NCBI GenBank assembly: GCA_965285935.1
Contig: OZ260663.1
Location: forward strand, 81,220,001 to 81,284,000
DNA length: 64,000 nt
Direction of reading: 5' to 3'
Source of the DNA: Ophelia neglecta
Taxonomy: Eukaryota
The first letter of the stretch is position 1; each line of letters begins with the position of its first letter. Under the pieces are notes generated by a model. That model was not told the origin of the DNA, did no database searches, and saw only the letters and a program-made list of their open reading frames with translations. Shown here piece after piece: positions 13,071 to 27,000 of the stretch. The translations under genes and the position numbers were made by a program.

Positions 13071-14164
13071 ATAAAGGCTGTACTTATCTTGTTATAAGAG
13101 CGGCAAGCAATAAAATATGATGAACAGGTTATTCAACATTGAAATTATATATGACGGTCTTTAAGGCAGGTTTTACTCTATTCAATTATTGTTACCAAAA
13201 TGCCAATAACATTTAATTCATTCCCTGATTTGTTTACAAACTGAGAGGCCTATATTTTCGCACATTTTATAAGTTTCTGTTGTTATCTTTCTAACTATTT
13301 TAAGGCAGTTGTTTTTACGAATACCAAACAAACCTAATTTGATAAATATTTAACACTTAATAAAACTACGTAGAGACATTAAACTAGTCTGTTTATCATA
13401 TGTCTTTACATGTTTCGGTCGTTTGGTACTAATTTTTCATTACAAAACACATTAGCAGAAAGGGCTAGCTAGCGTGTAGAATTTAAAAGCACGATTTTGA
13501 CACAGCATTGTACCAATTTTGAGTAAAGACATCTGATCTCTTTTCATTTCACAGCTTAGCCCCATGAAATCTGGCTAAACTATTTCTTTTTATTTAATCA
13601 TTTTGACCATTTTTACCGATAGATAAAGGCTATATGCCTAGTCTTTGACTTCTGAAGATTATTTTTTACGTGATACTAATTAATCTATGCCATCCCGTCT
13701 ATCAGACACCATACTTATTGGAGTCAGTTTAAACCAACGGCTTGTTGAGCGATTTAGGCTTGTAGATCTAGGCTTTTTAATGTGCAAATAACTATTTGGC
13801 CGGCGGCCATATAACTAGAAATATGAATCAGATGGCTTTTTTTATTTGGTGTTTTTATATTTACACGTGATTTCCGAAGAAGTATCTTCAATGGTCTAAT
13901 ACAAATTATTATTCATTGTGAAAGCCACTTTTAAACATAACAAATAATAAATTTGTACGATGGCCACATTTTCCTTCATCGATCACGTACAGGCGTATAT
14001 AATCGAGGCGCCTTACGTGCTGACGAGCATGACTATGTCTGGGATAGGTAAGCAATTACCTGCCAATATATATGGCATTGTCTGTCTTCACGTCTCCACT
14101 CCCCCCTGGCCTCTTCCATGCCCCTTGAGGTCTAAGAAAGGGTGGCTGGGGCGGGGCTGGCTGG

Positions 14165-14305
14165 GGTGGGGGATATGTCACGGCCTTTATAGCTCTTTAG
14201 AAGCAGAAAGTTATAGGCCCTATACATTGTATATATAAAGAGTGGCCGGGGGGGGGGGGGGGTATCTCACGACCTTTATAGCTTTTTAGAAGCAGGAAGT
14301 TATAT
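14165..14305. repeat. imperfect ~45-bp direct repeat, 2 copies, each preceded by G runs
   Basis: gggatatgtcacggcctttatagctctttagaagcagaaagttata versus gggtatctcacgacctttatagctttttagaagcaggaagttata. Confidence 0.85.
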
Positions 14306-14899
14306 ACATATATATAAGTGTGAAAATTAAGTGGCCTTATTTTTAGGAGACCCAGTCTACCTGTTGCACGTTAGTTTTTAAAGGCTGATATGTATATATA
14401 CATAATATCCTATTATGCTAGTAAAGTTGAACCAAGGTTCTCATTGAGGCTTAATAATACGCAATCCACTCTCTCTAAACATTACCGGCTGCTCGGGGTC
14501 ACCCACCTGTCATCAGCAGAGCATTGTCAAAATAATTGAGCCTTTTTCTCAGAAGAACATTGTACACTGAGAAATCACTTTTCTGTCCTACTCATTATCA
14601 AATTAGCCGTCATGTTTAATCAACAGTGTTAAAGCCGATTATTTCTCTTCTTAAATAGTGATAACCCGTCCTTCTAACTTAAGTAGGCCTAGAGCAATGC
14701 CTTCCATAAGGCGGGTGGGTGCGTAACAATGCACTTTTAATTAAATTAGGAAATTCTGGCGTAATGTTTTTCATTTGAATATATACGCATACATTTGTTA
14801 CATACTTTATTTTAAATAGAAGTAGAATTATTCTTTACTTAAGAAGCTTTAGGCAGTTTTAGGCTGAAACTCATCAAGTCCATTGGGAAAACTTGCCAA

Positions 14900-14952
14900 C
14901 TTCGCACGCCTGCGCACTGACGACTTTCCTTCCGGAAGAACAGAAAGTAAAC
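14900..14952 (+). promoter_or_regulatory. sowah proximal promoter with NRF1-like and ETS motifs
   Basis: CGCACGCCTGCGCA (14903-14916) and palindromic CTTCCGGAAG (14929-14938) directly upstream of the ATG. Confidence 0.6.
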
Positions 14953-15079
14953 ATGGACGACGATCCGCTATTCAATCTGGACACTGTCAGGGATTTTATC
15001 ATCTCTCGTGGTGGGAAAATCAGCAACCATCACCTAGTCACTCATTTCAAAACCTTCCTCAATGACCCAAGGAAGAAAG
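14953..15079 (+). CDS. sowah: sowah exon 1 (MDDDPLFNLDTVRDFIISRGGKISNHHLVTHFKTFLNDPRKK)
   Basis: aaacATGG start, donor G|gtgggt phase 1, SOWAH N-terminal domain motif. Confidence 0.9.
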
Positions 15080-18000
15080 GTGGGTTAAATATATGTAGCC
15101 GTCGAGAAATAACTAAATTCAGCCAGTAAATCTTGGTCGCGCCCAATTTATCGGTTTGTTGGTAGTTGAACTGATCGAGTCTTAATTTTAATATTTCCTT
15201 GAGCCATATAAGAAATTTGTATTGAGAAACCTGCAAAGCCTTCTTCCTTGTTTGCACCAACGCTATAATCATGCTTTTCTACTGTGTATTAAGTGAAATT
15301 TTAGTGGTTTATCAATGAAATACCTCATTATCGCCCATGATTTTGTCAACAAAGAAGCAGTGCACGTACATTGTTATGACTAATAACAGGAAACTGGTTA
15401 TCTTGAAATATACTGAATCCTTTCACATTAAATTATAAAACAGTACATTACATCACAGGTATACCATCTCATTTGATCCATAGCTGTCATAAAGGTGCTT
15501 CCAACTATATATCATTTCATGTAAAAGTGTATTCCTGTTCTCTCCTGCATTTATTTTGTAAGAACTGAACTGTCAAATTAGCCATAGGTACACCAAGGCT
15601 GAAATCTCTGACTTAACTGGATATGTGGAAACAAAATAAAAAAGTCATAGTAGTTATTATGGCCAGACGGCCTGTGCCCTTTATCTTCTGCTCACTGTCT
15701 TCTTACCATTGTCCACACATTTATGGAACATATAGGCGAAAGTACGCTATTAATGTGCCCTATATATCGTATACAGTACCTTGCATACGAGGGTTGGCTA
15801 GTGATGGATACCAGTATTCGATATACTTATTGTACTGGGCCAGCGAGGTATATTGTGATACGATATATTTATAAATGCTGTTTATTGGCATTTCTTACTC
15901 ATACATACTACACCCTTGTGGTAAATCTGGGTTAGAATCCCGATAGCATCAAACCAAAGACGTAAAGATAGGAACTGATAATTCCCCTGCCAGGCGCCCG
16001 GGTTTTCACAATTGATGCGGCATAGAAAGTGACTAATATGGAAAGAGTCAAGTACTGCCGTTCAAGTACTATGGTACATAGTAGATTGTTGAACATATCC
16101 GATATGTCTATATGGACAATATGTTTTATTAATATATCATGTCTTTCGCAAAACGTAGGTGTTGTATCTAAGGCTACATGATATCCATCAATACTGTTGA
16201 CTTACTTTTTGATTAGCTTGGGCCAAGTTGACCAGTGCCAGTTGGTATCCTGGAAAATGGAAATATTTACTAAATTATGCCATATTTAAATGAGGTCAAA
16301 ACAATCATTTTTTGTTTTCTCCAATCTTGTTAAAACAAGGCAACAATTGTGGTAATTTTGCTAAGAATGTTTAGGGATGTATGGTAAATAGTCCGAAAGA
16401 ATACCTCTTCACAAAATTCCAGTTATTTCATCAATAGAAACTTATTGATGCATAGGTAAATTGATTGCCATGTTCCTCTTTTCAGACCGGATGTATGTCG
16501 GTATCAGAGCTAGGACTCTGACCCTGTATCAAAACCAGGAGTCCATTCATCATCTTTAGCTCTGCCATGATATCGATTTATGATCGGTTATTTCATAGGA
16601 ATTTAATCATTAATCTTTTCACTCAATGCCATGTTTTGCTTCTTATCTTTAACTAGTAAAAACTTGCACCAATTGCCCATTTGTCTCCCATAAAAAAGGT
16701 GTATGCTGAAGCAAGATATACTTGTAAGGAGACTAAAACAAAGTAACCCGAGACAAACTGTTTGCAGTCAAATAAAGTTGAATATTTCTTGCATGTAAAC
16801 ATGATTGTATAGCTGTTCATTGTCCTGTGGGTCATATTTATAGATTCTCATAAATGACAAAAGGACTTTTTAGGTTTACGTGGTGTGCTTTGATGGAAAG
16901 ATCTATTATTGGCCTGACCCAATTGATTATTAATATGACAGCCTTGAAAAACTGAATTTTGACACCCACTTTTTTCAAAGAAAGAATGGGCTGATATGTA
17001 TTAGGGTCTGTCCTCTGCTGCTGATAAGGCCACAGTGAATATATATTTGGTACATCATGTACATATGTTTTATTAACTTTAATTACTTTAAATTTTGACT
17101 GCATAAACAATTACAGTTATGCAAGTCTTAAGCTAGCACTGCCTTGATAAATGATGGGCCAATCAATTGCAACAAGTGTCTGCTTCAAACATTGAAGATG
17201 TAGAAAACTCTCATCTTAACATGACAGCTATTACTCATTGAAACATAGAAATAGCAACATGTGTACCATTGCTAAAATACCTGTAGACTCAATTTTTTTA
17301 AATTCAATTTTTTTTTCAGATACCAATAGGCAGAAGTTTAAGACATATGTGAACACTCTGTCCACTGTGAAACTAGACACGGTATGTTACTATTAATATG
17401 TTTATTAAATGGATTCATTTCTACGTATAACTTTAAGACTTACATTGCCAAGCCATTGATCAAAGTTTACACTTTTCCAGCTGAAGAAGCAGATTTTTAC
17501 CCAACTGGAAATTTATATATTATGTTAGTGGTCCTATTGATATGTTGAAATGTCAAAAATTTCCAAAATATTTCTTTTAAGATAATTATATAATCATCTA
17601 TCTTCATTCAGAGTGGTGAAAAATTGTTAGTTCTGAAGAAAAAATACAGAGGGGATGCTCCGTGTGATGGCAGCACCCCCAAGAAACAGAAACACAAGGA
17701 GAAGCTGGAGGTGAAAAGGCAGAAAGTCAAAGATGACTCAGCCTGGATGGCCGAACCCCCAGGCCCTGATGAGCCTGCTGCTAGTAGTACCAGGAAGCAG
17801 GAGGCCGATGCTGGATTACTGGAGAGCTTTCTGGCAGCCACCGCAGCTTTCTCGGGGGAAATAGCCGATGAGCCTGACATGTCGGGTAGTCAACCCAGCC
17901 AGGAGGTCCTGGATGAAAATCTGCTGTCTATGGATGACTCTGAACCTCCTAGAGGCATCGAGATAGTCTCCGGTTCTGCTGATTTTAGATCAGAAGCTGT

Positions 18001-21000
18001 TGATAGTGTTTTGAATATCGATAATCCGTCTGCTTACGAGGCCTCCTCCACTGATACCCTAGAGAAAGTAGTACCTGATTCTCCGCCTGAGCTAGAACAA
18101 GTAGAGACTGCCGATATATCCCCCATCAGTGTAGAACAGCCGATGGATTCCTTTACGGATGATGTCCCCGAGGCTATACCAGAACCAGTCAAGGTGATAG
18201 CCCCAGAACCAGAGGAACCAGTTATACCTAAGCCGGTGTTCCTGGTAGATAGCCATGTAGAAGAACCTATGGAAGCTGAGGAGGCAGAGGTTCTCAGTCC
18301 AGTTGCTTCAGAACCGTCAGTAGATGCAGTAGATAATGATGTCACCCCTACCCTACCGGTGAGTTCTTTTTATTTTTATTGCACCTCACCTTTTTTGAAG
18401 AAAGATGTTTTGAAATATGAATTTGACCTCCCCAGAAATGCATTTTAGGAGTATACTTTGCATTTCAAATGATTTCCTATGTTTTCAGATTTTTTTTAGC
18501 TGATTTTCCATCAACACTTGCTTCAGGTTCAAAACGTATTGCCAGCCTTGAGATTCCATACATTGTGGGCCAATGGTGTTATGTAGTTTGATCTCTACCT
18601 GTCTTTTCATTGTCCAACCAAAAAAAAAGAAATGGAAACAATGGATTTTTTTTGCACACAACAGATGAATTCCACTATTTTCTTGAAGAATCAGTGTCCA
18701 CCTAACTTTTCTTGACCAGAATATTTCAGCCCATTTTACTCCAATATTTGTTTGACCTACTTTTAAACTAAGTAATTGGTAAGCTGGCTCATGGCTGGAG
18801 CAAGGGAAAAAATGTGGTTACAAGGGTGGCTGCACTATAATACATTGTCATTTTATAGTCTAAATACTTTACAAATAATAAATGTACTATAACTTAGTGG
18901 AAAAGGAACTATCATCTCCATTGGACTGATTGTGATATTCTAATATGGAGTCAGTACTTTAAATTTTCAATGGATAGTTTACAGAGAAAGAAATTTAAAT
19001 TGTTTGCAAAACAGTTAGACTAAGTGTGAAAAGTTGGCTGGACAAAAGTTTGGCCATCAAAGTGAGTGTACATACACTTAGAGTATATCTAGCTGACTAT
19101 ATCTAGCTGACTGTGTCCTAGTCTATACATGATAAAAATAACATTGAACATTTCAGGCACATACCTTAATAAACATTAAATTTCAGGTTTGTCCGGGGAG
19201 GTTCTCGCGCTCTGTATCGGTAATATTCAAAAACAGATTCGTTTGACCCACCTATTGATAATGCTGACATTGGTGTTGCATGTCGTTCATTTTAAAACAA
19301 GTCATTATTATATCCAGTTTATAATGCAATGTACTAGTGGTTTTTAGTGCGGTTCAATATTGAGATGTTGGCATGCAAAAAAACCCCTCCCACTTTCACC
19401 TATAAATTATTTTTTAGGATTGAACCATTCCGAGACTCCAAGGTATTTAGGCTCACAGAAGGACATTTCTGATACTTTTAAGGAACAATCTAGTCTGACC
19501 CTGACTCTAGAGCTCTCATTTCAAAGATCAAGGCCAAATGGCCCTAGTTGTCTAAACTAGGTCATATTTGTTTCCCTGTTATGTTCTAAATGTTTGCAGG
19601 GGTTTTTCTGTGTGAGACTGATGCCGAGACATACATGTTATGCCGATCCTTTTTCCTTGGTGTGGGGCATGTGTCTTTTGAAGTGTTTGCCGAGTCTTCA
19701 GCAGTTTGCATGGTGGTTTTGACACTGACACAGTCACATAGAAATGAAAAAACAAAAGTTCTATCCACCACTTTATTCCCAGCAACAGACTGCGCATTGG
19801 AATAGAAAGAAAACAAATATTGATAGTCAAAGGATTGATCTGAAGGTGTCATGGCTGGGAAGCCAACATCCTTATTAGCCGTCTTAATTAATCTTGCCAA
19901 TTATGTAGCTGGATTGCTGGTCACAGAAAATATCACAACATTTTTAACTTATCCTCTGCATTATAGTTTAGATTTCGTTCCACCATCACAAATTATGAAT
20001 GCTGTGGTCAAGTTAACAGAAGACATACATGTACTTCCATGAAGCAAACAGTTAACTGATTTGGAAAATTTGATTTAAGATAGGTTGCCAACCTAGAACC
20101 TATGCAACTTCCATTACACCAATAGGGAGGGAGGGGAGGGAGGGAGGGAGGGGAGAGAGGGACGGAGGTGTTTGTGGCGATCTGCAAAAGACAGGAACAT
20201 TTGTGTTGCTGCTTTTATTGTCAATTCAGGAAATTCCATGATTACTGTGTTTTCCCAAAAAGTGGAAGGGTAAGACTTAGGTGGAGGCAGGGGAGGGGGG
20301 GGGGGGTATTGACAATGGGGCATTGGGAATTGTTTGCTGAAAGACCACAATGTCACTAAATAATAGTAGAAGGTTTGTTATCCTTTTTCATGCATGAAAA
20401 AATGCTTGAGTAAGAACAAATTCTGAGCTATTCTGTTTTTGAATAACAAAAATAATAATGATGCACCTACTGGTTACCATGACAACTACACATCACTTGC
20501 CAAAATTACCTGCATACATTTCCTCATAGCTTGAAGGTCAATCATCATGTACAGTTGTCCCTGTGATGCAGGGACCCTCCGATGAAGAGACTCCCTCTGA
20601 GCGAAGGACATTTTTCAATTCCCATGACCTACCTTTTCTATGTTAATGTTCCTCTGATGAAGGGACACCTGCTATGTAGAGACACTTTTACGTGCATTTA
20701 GATGTGTCCCTTCATCGCAGGGACCACTCTACAAATATATAGTCTTCAATACTAGTAGTGTTGGAATTTAGAATAACTGTGGGTTACTCTTTGTAAGAGT
20801 AGTTCAAATTCAAACTGCCAGCTTAAGAACACATTTAATAATTTTTCAGGGAATTTCTGTCTGATATGGCTAAGCTGGTGTCTTGTATCACTGTAAACTT
20901 TTGTAGGAACAGTTTATTTAATTTTTTCCAGGTTCCATCAGGTGCCAAACAGGTTGTACCAGTGAGTGTGAAGGACAGGGCTAAACATCTTAACAAAATA

Positions 21001-24000
21001 ACATCTGAATCAGATCTGTCGGCTTCAATGATAGGAAAAAAGGTATTGAATGCTTAAAATATCAGGGAATGTCATGCACAGTAGTTGTAAAGGTGAAATT
21101 GTCTGTTTATAGTTGGCTGAACTGTTGTATATATGTTGTAAAAAATGTCAAAACTATAGAATTTATTATCATAAGGCTTGGCTTGTTAACCAGGCCAGAG
21201 GACCTTATATTATGTTTATTACTAACACAAGCCAAATAACTGATTAGGTCAGGATAAGAGAATATGTTGGACATTTAATACTACATTTAATGAAGTACAG
21301 GGTGGCATTACAGTTTATCCTGAAAACTTTTGCAATGCAAATAAAATAATATAGGTTGGAATAATAGTATAGAGGGGACGTGCTTAACCATTTTTAACTG
21401 AGTCTTTCTCAGTGCTCATTCACTACCAAGAACTGGGTCTTTCTCATTGCTCCTTCACTACCAAGGACTGAGACTTTCTCAATGCTTTTCTCAAAGCTTG
21501 TTCACTACCAATCTGACATTATACTTAAAAAGAAAGCTTTCTTAATATTCCACATCCAATATTACAGTTCTTCATTTGTATGTTTTTGAACACCAATGCA
21601 ATATTGAACAATGCAATGTTAACTTAACCAATTTATAAATGTACATATCTGTGTATATATTGTTTTTAATGCTTTAAATCTAATTTTGTTTCAAAAATAG
21701 CAAAGTAAATATTATTAATTTTTATATAATTGCCATAAATTATCAATTAAGACATGTATCATGATTGTTGATAATTTCCATAACTGTCTTTTGATCCTAA
21801 CTACTTAACATACATGTATGGCATGACTTTAAAATTAAGTTAATTCATATATATTAAGTATTTATTAACAATTGTACTAATATAACTATAAAATAAAGCA
21901 AACCCCAGGTAATAATCAAATTTTGCAGCACCAGGCAAGCCTGCCTTAAACAATTAACTTCTTTTTAACCCAAGACATATATGTTGATTTTAATAAAAGT
22001 ACTGATGATGGCAGGCTTACCTCACGAAAATTTGATTACTACCTTTTGGTTGTCTTATTTTATATTTCTTAATTTGTAAATAGCCAGAACAATTTTGATC
22101 CAATGGGTGTTAGTTAATTAACTAATTACTAATCAGGAAGAGCTTGAGGAGCCTGAGATGGAGATTGAGACAGGCCAGTTGATTTACCCAGTAGTATACC
22201 AGAGAACGTATCCTACGAGCCACAGCCACGAGGAGGTCTGCGCTGTAGGCTCTCTGTCTACTATCAATGAGGAAGTCATTGTCCATGAAAAGCCCCATGT
22301 ACAAAAATATGAACCCTCTGTGTTAGGCCACCATCAATTAACAGTCAAGGTAATCAGACAGGTTCCTCTGTAAGATGAGTGCAGAGCTTTATGCTAAGGT
22401 GCTTGAAAGTTACCCCAAGGCTGTGGAACTTTAATTTTACAGCAAGTGCATGCAAAACCTATCTTTTTGAATACATTATAGGAAATATAAGGGTGCATGG
22501 AATATATTCTTCACAGAGTATGATAAGACTTGGTTATAGTATGAGTCTTATTCTTGATAATTTTAGGGCAGCACTTTTCCAATTGAACAATCCCATGGAA
22601 TTCTAGTTCCCAGTTTTCTTGTTAAGGTAGCCGGGCTGCATCCTAACTTCATATTTTTCTAGTCATCAAAGGGGATTTCTCTTTAAGGGCACCTCTCTCT
22701 CCGATTATTTCCGAGACACCACCCCCAATGGCTCTCTGGCCTTTAAGTGCACCGCAGAGTCTTGACTCCTACGTTCACCGCCGCCACTGCCAACTCGCTA
22801 TTGACACTAGATTCATCACGTGGGGCAACACAAGTAAATTTGGTGGCAGTAATATCTCATCTCGCCAAAGCCATTATGACATCTAAATGCCTACAAAATC
22901 TCCACCTGCAGCCGTACTGATACGACAAGCTTGAACAAATCAATTACGACGGCCCCTATCACCCGTCTGCCCTAACAATACCACCCCACAATGGCAGGCC
23001 AGAGGAGTTGGGGGATTAGGCCAATAATTGTGCTTTGTGGATAATATTCCAAGCATGAGTGTCTGCAAGGTTGCTGATTTGTGCAGTCGGGTTGTTTTGC
23101 TGATTCAGAACATTTACCGAGTTGCTCAAGTAAAAATAGACGTAAGTGGTAGAACCGCCATTATGACGGAATGGTACAAAGTTAAATTCCTTGCATGTAT
23201 TATGTAATAATACAGAAGAACTGATGAAATGCCAATATAGTTAGAATAATACCTGCCAATCACATGTTTAGAACATAAAAAGGAATCATGACTGCCTGCT
23301 TAATGTACAATACAATGTACATTATTTAAAAAAAGAATCAATCATGCTTACACTGTTCCACTTTAACTTACTACTGGGCTTTGAAAAAATCTGTCATTCA
23401 CATATTTACAGTTAAAAAAACAACTCGGAAACCTGTCGATCCATTATTCTGTATAATAAGGAAAGTCAATCATGTTTTCATTCAAAGCATTTATGTTTCA
23501 ATTCAAAATTCTAGTTATTTATAGAGTTATGCTTTTTGAATGAGGCCATATTTGGAAGAGGAACCATTCTGGCTGGCGCTTGATACCATGTCATCAGGAG
23601 AGATATTAAAAAGCCAATCATCATCTAATGAAGGTCGCATTATGGGCCCGAGTGACTCGAGAAATGCTCATAAAGGTCCACAAAGAGGCCTCAGCGGTAA
23701 TGCCGCGAATCATGAGTCCATCATAAGAAAGATTAATGTATTAGCCCCGCCGAGGGGTAATGTCTAGTAATTGCTGCTACTGTATTACACTGTGTCACTC
23801 TTTGTCTGATAAGTTAATTTCCAGTCCTGACACGCTGGTCGGGGTGGCCATACCGATAAATATTTTCACTATCAAAAGGGCAAAAAAAGCCAGTTTATTA
23901 CTCTGGCTGAAAAGGATCTGACAATAAATTGGATATTGCAGCTAGATTTCTGTTAGTTCGCCCGGGGAGAAATATCTCTATATTTCATATTTTTGCTATT

Positions 24001-27000
24001 TTTATTTGCCCTTGATGTTTTCTCTTTTTGATTGATTCTGTCTCCCTTAAACTGCTATAAGGTCATAAGTATGATGGGAATAGGAGGAAGGAAAGTGTAT
24101 TTTGAATTCATCAACACTTCATGTACATCTATGTTTATTACATAAATTTGGAGACCAGTAAAAGTAATATTGTATTGTACATTTCTTGTTCATAAAATAT
24201 CAACATGAAAAAGTTATGATCATTGTTTGTACATAAAAAATACCACTGTAAAAAAGTACATAAAAATGATATACATTAGTGTTTAGTGTGAGCTTCGAGT
24301 TCTTCTGACTAACCCATTAACTAACCCATTAACTTCCTTTACAATTTACAAGCTTATTGTCTCGTAACCCATTGTTTATTGTTGTTTATTATTTAAAGGT
24401 ATGTTTTTTTATTTTTTCTACATTTTTTCAGCCATCACCCAGTAAAGACGACGATGACAATCATTCTCAATCCAGCGTGGCTATCACTGTAAGTGAATAC
24501 TACTAGGCAGCCGCATGTAGCGAAGAAATAAATTGAATATATATTAGTGGCTGGAATTTGAGATAAGGATATGCCGATCTACTTGTGCAATTATATTTTA
24601 TTCATAACTAGCTACATTGCTGAATAGTCTGTTTATATGAAATGTTCATTGCAGAAATCAATTTATCTTTTTTTTCTAGTATTTATTCTCAAAGTGTCAC
24701 TGCCTTTTATATATTAATATTTCGTTTAACTTTCTTCCAGCTGGATGAGACAGAACGTCAATGGATGCTGATCTCGGCTGCAGCTGACTACCAACCAATG
24801 GCTAAACTCCTGCTAACTCACCCGCACCTCATCAAAAGAAAGGTGTGATAATATGTTATAAAAAGCTATATATCGTAGACTCTCCACCACCTGCTCTATT
24901 CTGCACACATGTAGTATTCATTTAGTGACAAATTCACATTCCAAATCACCATTTTCGGGTATATATGTTTGCTAGCAAGTCTTTAAAATGCTCATTATCC
25001 TTATGAAACTCACCAGTTGCGTTGATGGTGTTGCCAGATCTTTGAAAGAAATAAAATTGCAATTCTGACCACTTTGAATGACATCAACAAGCTTTAGAGG
25101 GATATGTGGTCAACCTTCCATTGACATTGTCAGGTACAAATTGAATCTTTTTCACGGGGTGATAAGTGATTTCGACTAACGTTTAAGTCTTCTCACCTGC
25201 TGTCATTGTAGTACACCACAAATATGTGTGTAGCGGAAAATGTGGTCCCCATTATTAGATTTGGTAGCTATGGCCGTGTCGCTAGGTGTGGAGGATCTTT
25301 GTTTGGGGGGGGGACCCTTGGTGGTGTAAAATTAGTATATTTATGTCAGAGATTAGCTTACAATTGCCATAGATCATTGCAAGAGGTGTATTTGCATGTT
25401 TAGTACCTATGACATCCCTCGGAAGTCATTTTAGGTGGCTATAAACCAGATATCATTGGACACCTTAAGCTACGCCAGTCAATGCACCAACACGATTGGG
25501 GCATAATTCCCCATTGGTCGTCTGCCTTTGCCTGATCTAAGTTTAATTTATTTCCTCTCATAATTCAGCCATTTCAATCTTTCAGCATTATGGCAATTTT
25601 GTTTGACTTTTGAAATGGATACAGCCGTTTGTGTTGTGTTCAATAAGCGTGCTTGCTTTTCGCCAGAAACCTAATATGACTTTTATTCTCTTCGCCCCTT
25701 TCATGTGCCGCTGTACTCTTTGTGCCGATGTGCTGTCACATTCAACAGGATTTCATGTCGGTAAGTCGTACTCACCAAATCAATTGTAGCCATTTCATTT
25801 AGAGGTGTGAACTGATACAAGAGAATGACTCGAAGCCATGATGAGGATTTTGTGATTCACCCAAGTCACTTTGTGTTTGCTCGCTCGGCTAAGCTGCCCT
25901 ATTTATGCACGCACAGGCTACTGTTGGCAACACGAACTTTTAAATCAAAATTTAATTTACTATAGATAGCTTACAGCCTGTGGTCATGACTTCAAGCGGA
26001 TAAGGACATGTATGCCTTTAATAAATTATTTATGCTTTCTATGACTCGGAATTTGAAGTCATTGTAGGAGAGTTTTTCACTGAGGGAAACTATCAGACTA
26101 GCGTAGCCAAAGGCAGAGATTTAGTGTGTGAACTGTGCATGATAGCCAAGCAAAACCAATCATTGATTGATTAGGGACAATTAATAAAGACCGCTAATGA
26201 AGGATATTATTGACAAGGCTTAATTATCATTTGTTAACCAGAGAAGCATTATAGAAAGCACTTCTCCCAGGGACAGGTTAATTTTGTTTCACTTTAAAAG
26301 CTTAATAGAGTGTTTAATTCAGGCAGTAATTTGAGCTGTCAAGAGGCAGGCCTGCTATTTTCAGCTGCATAATAAGAGCTCAATTATGCATTTAACCAAG
26401 CTGCAGGCATTGCAAGCATTCCTCCCAGTTGTCTCATTCACCCTTTAACCAGAACAATGGCTAGGGCTTTTTGTTTGCTTATAATCATTGACCATTCCAA
26501 TGAACAATTTAACTACAAATACACACGCAAAGATATCTGCTTTGATTATGGCCAGTAATGTGATTTGACCATTGTTCTAATTGTTTTCTGTTTTCTTTCC
26601 TTGCCCCTCCTACTGTGCCGTTGTCCTGCCTGGGATTTGATGGCTTCCCTGCCCTACCATCGTCTGACCTGCCTCAATGAAGGGGGTAAGTCATAGCTCT
26701 GCTTAATTACCTCTAAGTGCTTAATTATAACTTATCCCTCAGAAGCATTGCCGGAGATTTGAATCGCTATCAATCATCGGCCGCCATTGTTTTGCCGCTG
26801 TGCCCTGTCAGTGATTTCATATCTGGTGAAAGGGGAGAAAATAATCACATAATTTCATGCTCGGAGCATGTTACCGAGCCGAGCCTGCAGACGGGAAAGT
26901 GGCGGGCTGAAATGTTAGCCAAGACGAGCATTGTCGCCCTGACACAGCTTATGTTTTTGATCAATGTAATTAAGGGGCGATTTTGTTGTGTGCCTTTTAA

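Noticed and set aside
16486-16500. Possible 15-nt in-frame microexon in sowah intron 1 (ttttcag|ACCGGATGTATGTCG|gtatca)
   Set aside because: Weak donor, not needed for the family motif, and a competing GT gives a frameshifting 7-nt exon. Unsupported without RNA data.
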